A stretch of 63,973 nt of DNA, counting the filler, from Reticulomyxa filosa (taxonomy: Eukaryota > Protista > Foraminifera): the NCBI GenBank assembly GCA_000512085.1. It is 15 parts of 15 records of this genome, joined end to end, with 100 filler letters (N's around TTAATTAATTAA, not from the genome) between each part and the next. Parts side by side here need not be neighbours in the genome. Positions count along the whole stretch, not along the records: positions 16,189 to 17,520 come from ASPP01015696.1; positions 17,621 to 21,041 come from ASPP01005855.1; positions 21,142 to 26,121 come from ASPP01020259.1; positions 26,222 to 28,954 come from ASPP01010486.1; 11 more parts are not named here. The stretch is one strand, 5' to 3'. A program made the position numbers and the translations under genes. A model generated the notes under the pieces. The model worked only from the letters and a program-made list of their open reading frames with translations, had not been told where the DNA came from and did no database searches. Within the stretch, counting starts at the first letter, position 1. Each line of letters starts with the position of its first letter. Positions 16,697-27,742 of the stretch are shown here, piece by piece.

Positions 16697-17473
16697 CTAG
16701 GGTGAAGGCAACCGGGAAACGACGTACACCCACGGCAAGGCATAATAGAATTGGCCGGCCTCGGCGCGAGCCTCAAGGCGGGCCAGCCATGCCCCTGCCT
16801 CATCATCTGTAACGCCGGACTCTCGCGCTAAAGAGACCATTCCCTCGAGATGTTGCCGGGCATAGCTATTCCTCGACAGCGTTCGATCCACGAACAGTAC
16901 GGTCTCGGTGACAGCTGTCGAGAGCGGGCTGGCGCCAACGAGGCCGGGAAGTAGCCGTCCCATTTGACCGTCCGAGACTTCTTGCCATTCCTGAGTATGG
17001 TCGGCGTATCCATGAACCAAACGCCTTGTCAGGTCGCGGTCATCGCTTGCCAGCAGCACGCCATCAAAATCATGATGGCCAATGACTGCAACGCCTCCGG
17101 GCTTCAGAATTCGTGCGATATCCGTAAGCAATGCCCCTTTGTCGGGGATGCATTCAATGACGTTCTGACAGACAATCGAATCGAAACGCCCTGCCAGGAA
17201 AGGTAGCTTGTCGTCGATCCTGACGTTGGTCAGTGTGAGGCGACCGTTAGCGATCTCCTCGGGAAATCCTGGCCTGATCGCATCAAGGCTCAGCTGGTCG
17301 CGATCTGCTCCAACAACTTCGCCCGATGGTCCCGATGCCGCTAGGAGATAGGGCAAAGTCAGACCTTTGCCGCAGCCGAGGTCCAGTACTTTTCCATTCG
17401 CAGGAATCTCTGCCAGCGCAGCAACCCGAGCATGAAAGCTGTCGGGTGACCATTCTGGATTCAAGGAACGCAT
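16697..17473 (-). CDS. Class I SAM-dependent methyltransferase (UbiE/Methyltransf_31-like; bacterial)
   Basis: VLDLGCGKG motif I, LPF..GRFDSIVC motif II, RILKPGG motif III. Convergent with zur. Confidence 0.88.
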   Translation of the reverse strand: MRSLNPEWSPDSFHARVAALAEIPANGKVLDLGCGKGLTLPYLLAASGPSGEVVGADRDQLSLDAIRPGFPEEIANGRLTLTNVRIDDKLPFLAGRFDSIVCQNVIECIPDKGALLTDIARILKPGGVAVIGHHDFDGVLLASDDRDLTRRLVHGYADHTQEWQEVSDGQMGRLLPGLVGASPLSTAVTETVLFVDRTLSRNSYARQHLEGMVSLARESGVTDDEAGAWLARLEARAEAGQFYYALPWVYVVSRLPSP

Positions 17474-17654
17474 GAACGTGCTCTGGCATTTCCATTATCG
17501 ATCGGAAGACCGGCAGTACANNNNNNNNNNNNNNNNNNNNNNNNNNNNNNNNNNNNNNNNNNNNTTAATTAATTAANNNNNNNNNNNNNNNNNNNNNNNN
17601 NNNNNNNNNNNNNNNNNNNNTAGTTGTTTTGTTTAGTCTTTTATAAAAAAGATA

Positions 17655-19408
17655 ATGTCAAAATCAGAGGAGACAGTATCTTCTTCTTCTTCAACTTTAG
17701 ATAATGCTAAACTAAAAGACTTTGTAGAAAAGTCGTGGGAAAAGAGCGTATTGAAGACGTTAAAAAAGAAAAAGATATATGTACATATATATACTAAATA
17801 TGTAAGTATGTGTGGTATATCTCTTAAAATATAGATTGGAAGAATATATAAAAATTGAGAATCAATCACCAGATTAGATGAAAAGATATATGAAAATGGA
17901 CAACAAGAGAAAGCAGTAAAATTATTAAGTGATTGGGTGAAAACGAAAGAAAAAGAAATAAAAGGATTAAAGATGGAAGTATTAGAAGAAAAGAATATGA
18001 CACCATTTATATTTATTGAAGTAGAAGCATTTAAGACAGAATCAAAGCAAACAGTATTAATGTATGGTCATTTTGATAAGCAACCAGTTGAGAGTATTGT
18101 ATACGTATATGTATATGTATAATAATTAATTTATAAATGGAATATTTTTTATTTAATAAATTTATAATATAATAATATAGCCAGTAACAGATCAGTGGGA
18201 AAAAGATTTACATCCATATAAACCTGTGATTAGAGATGGAAAAGTTATAAAGGATATATATAAATGTATTATTATATACATATGTATATATACAAATCCC
18301 TATAATCGATACGCAAATAATACATATATATATATATATATATATATAGCTTTATGGTAGAGGTGGTGCTGATGATGGATATAGTATATTTGCTGCAATA
18401 GATAGTATTGCATCATTACAATCACAAGGAGCATCACATCCACGATGTGTTATAACAATAGAAGGAAGTGAAGAATCTGGATCACCCCATTTATATCACT
18501 ATTTAGATAAATTAAAAAATAAAATAGGAGAACCTTCATTAGTAATATGTTTAGATTCTGGTGCTGGTAATTATGAACAATTATGGATAACAACATCACT
18601 TCGTGGTATTTTAATAGGATATATTCGTGCACAACTATTAAAAGAAGGAATACACAGTGGGGCAAGTGGTAAAGTACGTGATTCTTTTCATATTATAAGA
18701 AATGTTTTAGATCGTTTTGATGATAATATTACTGGAAAATGTAAAATTAATGAATTAAATAGTAAAATACCAGATAATCATATACAATATGCAAAAGAAA
18801 TGGCAAAACATATTGGTGAATTAGTATGGACAGAATTACCATTATGTGATAATGTACAATGTCAAATACCACTTGTTAATGATGAAAATGCTTATGAATT
18901 ACTTTTAAATAGTACTTGGCGTCCACAATTAACTATTACTGGTTGTGATGGTATTCCTAATTTAAAAGGTGGTAATGTTTTAAGACAATTTACTACACTT
19001 AAATTATCTATAAGATTACCACCTGATGTTAATCCTGAATATGCTTATTCTATTATTAAACAAGTATTTGAAAAAGATCCACCTTTTAATTCTAAGGTTG
19101 ATTTTATCACTAATAAACATTGGGGACAAGGCTTTGTATGTCCTGATTTTCAATCTTGGCTTTTTAATGCTATTCATTCTTCATCTAAAATCTTTTTTAA
19201 TCAATCTGCTCTTATGTTAGGTGAAGGTGGTAGTATTCCTTTAATGGGCCAATTATTATATAAATTTCCAAAATCTCAATTTGTTGTTACTGGTGTTTTA
19301 GGTCCTAATAGTAATGCTCATGGTCCTAATGAATTTTTACATATTGATTTTTGTAAAAAGCTTATTTGTTGTGTTGCTCATATTTTACATAAAGCTTCTT
19401 TTCATTGA
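17655..19408 (+). CDS. M20/M25/M40 family metallopeptidase (dipeptidase-like), multi-exon, one apparent 1-nt frameshift ~17876
   Basis: Metal and catalytic motifs YGHFDKQP, LYGRGGADDG, EGSEESGS, HSG, GEGGSIP, NAHGPNEFL. Confidence 0.9.
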
Positions 19409-20264
19409 TTTTTCCAATGATTTTTTTTTAATTAAATTCATTTGAATTACATTTACTACGTAAATTGTCAAAAAATAATTTTATTTCTCCAATAATTTTT
19501 TTAAATAAAAGAGAGATTAAAGAAAGTTAATTTTAATCCTTAACTCTTTTTAGAGTTCAGTTCATCTACATAGTAGATCAATCTCCACTTGGATTCCTTA
19601 TTATAAAGTATCATATAAGTAATATTTACATCTTGAATTTGATAAAACAAAAATTTTGATATAGAGAAATTTTTTCCAAATTCTTTAAAAAATCTATATA
19701 TATAGATAATATTAAATCATTTTTCGGATTCAATATTAGTAAAGCAAATCCATAAGAAATTTAAACGATTCATGTTATTCTTCTTGTGCCCAAATTTAAC
19801 TCCATTCAAAGAGAAATTGTTACGAAAGGCATTTGCACAAGAGATAGTATATCAAACAAGAACTTGGAGAAGCAAAAAAAAATAAAATTGAGACAGCAAG
19901 CACGCAAGGAAATGGGTCAAATAAAGGAATTTTGAAGAAGCAAAAGCCAAGGATACTATTTTCAATGAGTGATTAACAGAAACAAAGAACATAAAATCTG
20001 ATTAAGTCTTAAAAAGAAAGGAATTCGGAAGTTTTTTGGAATCTTGTAGACAATTAGTGATTACTATTTGTTATCTTCTTTAATGTTTTTTAAAAAGAAG
20101 TATAAACAAAAATTTCATCTAATACAAAATGAAAATATATTGTCTTTTATTTGAATTTGTAATTTTTTCATTATCAGACATAATTAGATTTCACTAGTCC
20201 AAAATATGACAAAGAAATATTACATCCTTTTAAAAACAACACACAAAATACAAGTGGAAAGATT

Positions 20265-21041
20265 TCAAATTGCTTGTATTCTTTTCAATTTTGCGAGTAC
20301 AGATAATGTTTTTTTGTGAGTGGCTCCGAATTTTACATGAAAGGTGAATATAGCATTTTCGTAATTTTCAATAGCTTTAGCCTTATTTCCCAATTTTTCA
20401 TAAGCAATGCCTAAACTTTTGTATGAGCCACCAATGTCAGCATCTCGATCATATAGAGCTGAATTCTTATGCAAGATTTTCAATGCTTTTTCGTGATAAG
20501 ATATTGACTTTTCAAACTCTTCTTTTTTTTCAAAAATACGCCCAATGCTGTAATAACAACGTCCACAACCAACATCCAAAGCATTTACCATATCAATTTT
20601 CTCAGGACGATTAGAATCTCTCAACTCATTATACTCATTCTCCAACAATAGTATTCTTATATTCAATGCTTTTTCATAATATTGTAAGGCCTTGTCATAT
20701 AGTTTTTGACGTTGATACGAGCATCCAATATAATAATATGTGAATGCCACACGCGAATTTGTATTACTTAATACTTTCAAATAAATTTCCAAACTCTTTT
20801 CAAAACATTCTTGCCCCTTGTCGAATTGTTTTGTACGAAAATGGGCAATAGCTAACATGGTATACAAATGTCCAATCTGTGAATCATTGATATCGGGTGT
20901 AGCAACCATGGATAAGGCACGTTTGCAATAATCAATGGATGTATCGTATTGTCTCAATTTATAATAAATATAACCCAAACAGTGAAGACATTCCCGAATA
21001 TCTTCATTTTTCACATTTGACATATTTGAATAGATGTCCAA
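20265..21041 (-). CDS. Tetratricopeptide-repeat protein, 5' truncated
   Basis: Repeated TPR consensus (LGYIY..YD.SI.Y..RAL; IGCSY..YDKALQYYEKALNI; LGIAYEKLG..KAIENYENA). Confidence 0.85.
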   Translation of the reverse strand: MDIYSNMSNVKNEDIRECLHCLGYIYYKLRQYDTSIDYCKRALSMVATPDINDSQIGHLYTMLAIAHFRTKQFDKGQECFEKSLEIYLKVLSNTNSRVAFTYYYIGCSYQRQKLYDKALQYYEKALNIRILLLENEYNELRDSNRPEKIDMVNALDVGCGRCYYSIGRIFEKKEEFEKSISYHEKALKILHKNSALYDRDADIGGSYKSLGIAYEKLGNKAKAIENYENAIFTFHVKFGATHKKTLSVLAKLKRIQAI

Positions 21042-21148
21042 NNNNNNNNNNNNNNNNNNNNNNNNNNNNNNNNNNNNNNNNNNNNTTAATTAATTAANNN
21101 NNNNNNNNNNNNNNNNNNNNNNNNNNNNNNNNNNNNNNNNNTTTTTTC

Positions 21149-21184
<36 letters not shown>

Positions 21185-21234
21185 AGATTTAAAAAATAAA
21201 AAAAAAAAAGAAACAATAACCAACAACAAAATAG

Positions 21235-22727
21235 TGGGATATATATTATCATCAAAATGGAGTGGCAATTGAAGGCCTTCGTCGCTTGGAAGCTGCCATC
21301 TTTCGGTTGAAGCGACAGTACGAGGAACAATATAATGTGGTGAAATCGATAAAAATAGAGGCAAATGAAGAAGAAGAACAAGAAGAAGGGGGAGATGAAG
21401 GGAATGACATTGACGTGCAATTCAAGTGGCTCCAAAATACGACGCCAAAAGGCGTTGTTCCACCCAAAGGGTTGGACAGGCAAGGCATCACAATGGAAAA
21501 GGGTGCAGATACGAACATACCAAAAGGAGATGAACAACAACAACAACAACAACTACTACTACAACTACAACAACAGTCACAACAACCTTTGGCAATAACG
21601 AAAGCAAATGAAATCGTTTGACAGTCCTAATCCATTGGAAATATGTAAAAACTCAAGCAACAAAGAGGTGTCTTTTCAACTCCAAGTGTCCAGCCAATCT
21701 TCAGCTGTCCCAATAACAGCAACAGTCGAAGCATTGTTGGCGTCCACTTCTTCTTTATCGTCATCTTCATCTTCACGTTCATCATCATCATCTTCTTCTT
21801 CTTCTTCTTCTTTTTCATCGTCCTCCCCAGTGCATAGAGCAATGAACGGCAACAGCAAGCTCGACCAGGACACAAAGACAGTAACGGAAAGTGAGATAAT
21901 GGAAATGGTATCCAACCAACTGAACATGTTTGAAGATTACATTACGCCGCTCGCTTGGAGTGCCATTCGGCGATTGTACTCGTCCAACCCCAAAATGGCG
22001 GAAGGAGTGAAAGACGGGCTGATGAGGAACCCTCTGGCCACCCTGGCAGTCTTGCTTCCGAGGCTGGAAGAAAGGCAAGAAGAGTGGCAACGAGAGCGAC
22101 AAAAAGCGAGGACCGTGTATGTCGAGACTGCACATCGTTGTCACATTAAAGCGAGTGACTTCCAAAGCAGTAACTTTAAGGCTTTGGATCGAAAGCAGAT
22201 CAATTCAAGATGTATGTCCTCTTTTTTTTTTTTTAAAAAAAAAATAACAACAACAAAATCTTGTTTTTGTCTTCTATTTCTCCTTCTTCGTCCATCGAAC
22301 AACATAAAACAAAATACAATACAATACAATATAATACAATAAACATAAAGACCTCTGGAACGAATTGGTATTGGCACAATCGTACCTAAATCCAGAATAT
22401 AGTGCGGAGCTGAAAAAGTATTATCAATCACGACGGACAGATCCTCACCGGTCATGGAAGAGAAGCGCAATCGGTATTTCGACACGTACTCTCCGGTAGA
22501 GTATCAGTCCACCATTACGCCCTCGCGACTGGTCGTTGCTCCCAAATTCAGTCGCATGTACCAAAAGGTAGCTGTCAACTTGGGACTAAAAAAAAAACGT
22601 GGTCTTTGTGACGGCAAAAGTTTGGAGATCGACGACACTACTGCTATGTCGGATAACTTTGACAATCCATCCACTATTGTTGACAGTCATTATAACAATA
22701 ACAATAATAATAACAATAACAATAATA

Positions 22728-22768
<41 letters not shown>

Positions 22769-25700
22769 CGTAACAATAACAATGGAGTCTTAACCAATCA
22801 ATCTTTGGGTAACAACCACAATTTCTCCGCTTCCCACTGTATCGGCAGCAATTATGAAACGATTCGCTGCAATGAAGACACACGCTCGACTGCCCTCAAG
22901 TCACGTAAGCAAATGCAGCGACGGCGAAAGTATGTCAAAATTAACGAAATTGGCAATTGCTATTACAACTTTGCCATGAGGTTTGATATGAAAGACATCG
23001 GCACTAAAGACACCCACGAAAATTGCTGGAATTTATTGACCGACTATATGGAATTGCGCTTCCCACATCAAGAACAACAAGTTAGTGGGATTTTTATTTT
23101 TATTTTTATTTTTAAATTGACGTGGGGATGGGAATGTAGGCTTTTCATGTATTTGCTTTCAAAAACAAAACAAAACAAAAAAAACTAAAAATATGGCGCC
23201 AGGTCTTGTGTGGCCTTTGAAATGGATAGTTTGTAGAATTTTGGATGAATTTTGTGTTTTTATTCTTTCAAGTGTCTTTACATTACAAAGCATCTTGTCC
23301 TGAACAAAAGTATTCCTTTGTCAGTCTTGTTGGGTCGCAAAAAAAAAACAACTCAATGTCGTCGAGTGATCCCCACGCTGCTCTGTCCACTACCTCTGTC
23401 ACTGCCACTATTGCCACAACAACAACAACAGCAACGACGACGACGACCACGACCACGATCACGACCACGACCATGACCACAGCGACGACAAACAATGAAG
23501 ATATGTTGTCATCCGGTGAGTCCTCCAGTGATGACAACATGCAATTGGGCACGTTGGTCAAAACCGCTGTTGATGTCGACAGCACAAGCGGCAACAGCAA
23601 AGCCAAAGGCAAACGTACAAACAAAAATGCAAGGCAAAGTAGTAATACCAATGCCAATAATGGTATCATTAGTGCAAATACGGCTCAACGTTATGACGAC
23701 CTAGATTCAGTGTATACGTCCCAATTTCGTTACGACTATAAAAATTGTCAGCTTCCCGATCACGTCTTGGACGAAACGTGGCAAATTGCGTCGAATCCAC
23801 ATTATCGTGTTGCCAATCAGGGCATCCCACTCCCATTTTCCTTTCACACACGTCCGAGTCAAATTCTGATTGCAAACACCACTATCTACACCATCTTTCG
23901 ATTGTATTATTTCTTGTTCGACCGTTTAAGAACTGCTAAAAAATTGTCTTGGAAAACCCATTCCATCAAAAAATTAAATGCAACCCAAATGGTCACTTTT
24001 TTTTTTAAAAAAAAAAAAAGGAAGGAATATATTTCTGTGGAAGCAAATATTTACACATATGTATATGTACATAATATATACCTAAATGAAACAGTTTGCA
24101 ATCCACCAAAAATTCTTTGAACTGGTGTGGAGCTTATTGAACGAGGAAATTAACGAACACAAGTTTGAAAACAAATTGTTTGAATTGCTTGGCACGCAAG
24201 CGTACGAGTTGACGACATTGAAAATTCTAATTTCAACAATGGTCAAGGAATTTGCCGGAACTGCGTCCTCCAACTTTGCTGAAATCGTTCTTGTTGTCAA
24301 TGTTTGGAAATATTACGCAATGCAATGGAAAGCCATTGACCCCAACGAGTTTGTGTCTATCTTATATATACATATATGTATATATATATATATATGTATG
24401 TATATACGTATATGTAATGTATTGTGTGTAATCATTAATAGTTTGATCAAATGTTCTTTATTTGAAACAGTTCGGTAAGTCGTCTGGAATTGATGCGTCG
24501 ATACTATGCTCATATGCGCGCGTCTTGTTCGGAGAACAAGCTCCCTTTGGTTCAGATGGAGTATTTTCTGGACAGCCAAGAAGTGGCAGTCCAAATCATC
24601 CATCATCCACAGATCGACAGCGACCCCATTGCCGACAACCACGCCACCGCAAATGAAGAGGTCAACAGCAGCGTTTCGCCTCCACCAACACGAGCCACGT
24701 CGCAGTCGTCCAGCGATCCACGCTTCAATCACAATGTGCGGCATTGGATTAAAGCTACCAAAAAAAAAATTTGTAACAAGCGTCAAAAGATTGCAAGTGA
24801 TTTAACTCGTTTAGCGTCTTTATCATCTTCACCATTTTCATCTTTTTTTCCTTCATCATCATCATCATCATCATCTTCTTCTTCTTCTTCTTCTTCTTCT
24901 TCTTCTTCGGCATCGCTTTCCTCTTTGTCAAAAGCGATCGGTGCAAAAGAAGGTCGTTTGAATTATGTGAAAAAGGCCAATCGAATAATGATCCAAAGTG
25001 ACCGTGGCTGTGAACGTAGCCCTTTGCTTTATTTCGATATGAAAAGCAATCAAAAACAGCCAAACTCCGAAACAAATGGAACAGCAATGAGAGATGGGAA
25101 CGTCGGCGCCTTTCCAAACGATTACAATCACAATCATAATACCACCAGTCGCGAGAAAAGCCTCCATTCTTTGCAAAAGGCTAATTCCACTCCCAAAGCG
25201 GCGAATGGCGAAAAATCTCGCTCCAGTTCGAGGGCGGTTTTGCTGACAAAGAAGAAGAGCAAAAAGAAGAAGCCCAAGGACAAGCGATCGAAAAGGAAAG
25301 GAAAAAAGGGAGAGAGCACGAGCGAAGAGGAAGACAGTGAAGACGACAATGATGATGACGACGACGACGACGACGACGATGACAACGACGATGACGATGA
25401 TGGAAATGAAAATGGAGATGAAAATGACAGTGACGACGACGAAGAAGAAGAAAAAGTGAAGAGAGCAGTGAAAATTGAAAAAGAAGGGAAAAAACCTCTT
25501 GCACGTGCAAAACATGCATCGGAAAGCGATGGTGGTGAAAGCGTGAGTGCTGGCATTGGCAAAGACAAATTGAAAACGGGTCATATTTTGTCTGAGGACA
25601 CGAATGACATGGACAATGAAAATGAAGACGACGAGCAAAGTGTACTGGAGGAAACGGGAGACGACGCCAATCATAGGAATACTGTGGACCACAACGACCA

Positions 25701-25983
25701 AGATGAAGATGCTGATGAAGACGAAGACGATCAAGGTGGTGAAGAGTGGAGCAGCGGAATGTTTTATGGACACTGCTGCGAGTACTGTTTGATCCATCTT
25801 CCGTTGCAACCGATACAAAAAGCTACGCTCGAACAATACTTGCAAATGAAGGCGAAAAAACTAAACCGATGGATTGAACAGAGACTGGAAAAAATTGGTT
25901 CGTCGAAAAAGTCCAAAGACAAAGGAAAGCGAAAGGAAAAAGTGAAGGAAAAACATCTCACCAAAGTTATTTTGAACTTGTGA
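21235..25983 (+). CDS. SIN3: SIN3 co-repressor (HDAC-interacting domain plus Sin3_C), multi-exon, 5' truncated
   Basis: AIRRLY..DGLMRNP..LAVLLPRLEERQEEW..KASDFQSSNFKALDRK matches the Sin3 HID. ANTTIYTIFRLYYFLFDRL and FFELVWSLLNEEINEHKFENKL..G..AY match Sin3_C. Confidence 0.85.
22690..22783 (+). repeat. (AAT/AAC)n microsatellite encoding poly-Asn in SIN3
   Basis: Direct reading of the trinucleotide run. Confidence 0.9.
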
Positions 25984-26221
25984 CGTATACATAAATACAA
26001 TACAATGTGTATACTTATATATGTATGTATATGTATTTAAGCATTAACATATGAATTTATATTTTTATAAATAAACTTTAAAAAAAAAAAAAAAAAAAAA
26101 ACGAAAACGAACAAAATAAGANNNNNNNNNNNNNNNNNNNNNNNNNNNNNNNNNNNNNNNNNNNNTTAATTAATTAANNNNNNNNNNNNNNNNNNNNNNN
26201 NNNNNNNNNNNNNNNNNNNNN

Positions 26222-26250
<29 letters not shown>

Positions 26251-26252
<2 letters not shown>

Positions 26253-27742
26253 TGAAAGTGAAAGGACAAAAAGATAATAAATGGATATTGATGAACATTC
26301 AATCCATTGAAGAGTTTGCGTCCCATGCCTTGAATCGAGACCTGTGGAAGTCCTCAGACGTTTTATTCTTCATCCAAGGATCATTTCTCCTTTATCAAGT
26401 ATTTTTTTTTTTTTTTTTGTATCTTGTGTGATGAGTGATGAGTACATAGGTAATGTAATCATTACTCATATGGTAATATCAATTTTTTTTTTTTTGAAAA
26501 AAAAAAATAGCATGAAAGAAGTACAGACAGAGGTCATCAAATGTGTGTGTATTACAAAATCAACAAATTCCCTTACATTAGCATTATCGACCCACATACG
26601 GGAAGGGAAGAACATGTCGTACCAATCCCGACTGCAGACAAATTCCCCAGTCAAGCCAAAATGATTTATTTCAGATTGGCCGAATGGCTTCATGAATCTC
26701 CTAGTCCTCTGGCGAAAAAGCAGCAACTGCTTAAAATGGTTTGTTTTGTTTTGCCAACATAAAATCGACTGACATTACGATATTTGATTTTAAAGTAATC
26801 AATTGAAATGATTAAGACTGAGAAAAACAAAAAATTATTGTAATAACTCCCCCCTCCCTCCTAAAAGATCAATTTTTTGTTTGTTTGTTGTAGAAACAAA
26901 AATCGGAAGCAAACGAAGATTTGAAAGAACAGTCAGCTGATGAAAAAAAAGGAGATGTAAAGGCTGACCAACCATCGACAAATGGAGTTGCAAATGATGC
27001 GACTTCAGATAATGTAGTTTCAGATAATGTAATTTCAGATAACGTAATTTCAGATAATGTAATTTCAGATAATGTAATTTCAGATAATGTAATTTCAGAT
27101 AATATAGTTTCAGATAATGTAACTTCAGATAATGTGAAAGCAGAGGACGTTCCGAGCGACAACAAAAAAGAAGAGAATGACGAAGTTCAAGTAATCTAAA
27201 AAATAAATACATACATACATTTGATAGGGTTTGAAAATAAAATAACAAAAACAAAAATAACAACCTGATTCTAATCTTTGTTCTACTATAGAAAAAGGCC
27301 ACTCCGATTCCTTTAGATCCGGAGCCAGAGGGTATGAACCATTTTTTATATCTCAATTATGGTCAAAACAAAGATTTTAATTGAAATGCAACAATTTGCC
27401 TTGTTTTGTTTTTGATAGCATCAGATCCTGAAGCTACAACGCTTCGTGTACGACTACCCCAGGGAAATATACTACAAAGAAGATTCAGTAAATCTGCATC
27501 CGTAGAGGTTTGTTTGACTTTAATTATGTATATTTAATATCATGCGCTTTGAAAATATTTCCTTGTTTGTTCATATGACATTTGATAAACAGCAAATCTT
27601 TCGCTTCGTTGAGACGACCTCTGGAAAAGATAATGTAATTTTAGTGCAACCAATGCCGAATATCCAATTAAATGACAACAAAAATAAAACTTTGAAAGAA
27701 TTACATTTAGAAAGAGCAACATTGACATGCTCTTTTGATTGA
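26251..27742 (+). CDS. UAS + UBX domain p97 cofactor (UBXN7/Ubx5-like), multi-exon, 5' truncated
   Basis: KWILMNIQSIEEFASHALNRDLW and FPYISIIDPHTGRE (UAS). TTLRVRLPQGNILQRRF and KTLKELHL (UBX). Confidence 0.82.
27002..27136 (+). repeat. Nine-copy 15-bp coding tandem repeat (xSDNV)
   Basis: Unit (a/g)(c/t)ttcagataatgta repeated 9 times in frame in the UBX linker. Confidence 0.95.

Noticed and set aside
16141-16806. 221-aa minus-strand ORF and other overlapping ORFs in the bacterial contig
   Set aside because: Shadow ORFs of the high-GC zur gene, with no motifs.
24755-25845. Long antisense ORFs over SIN3 (also over CDC48 and ASCC3)
   Set aside because: By-products of trinucleotide repeats and codon bias on the coding strand.
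27002-27136. 15-bp array as a CRISPR array
   Set aside because: Head-to-tail units with no spacers, in frame within a protein, and no cas genes.
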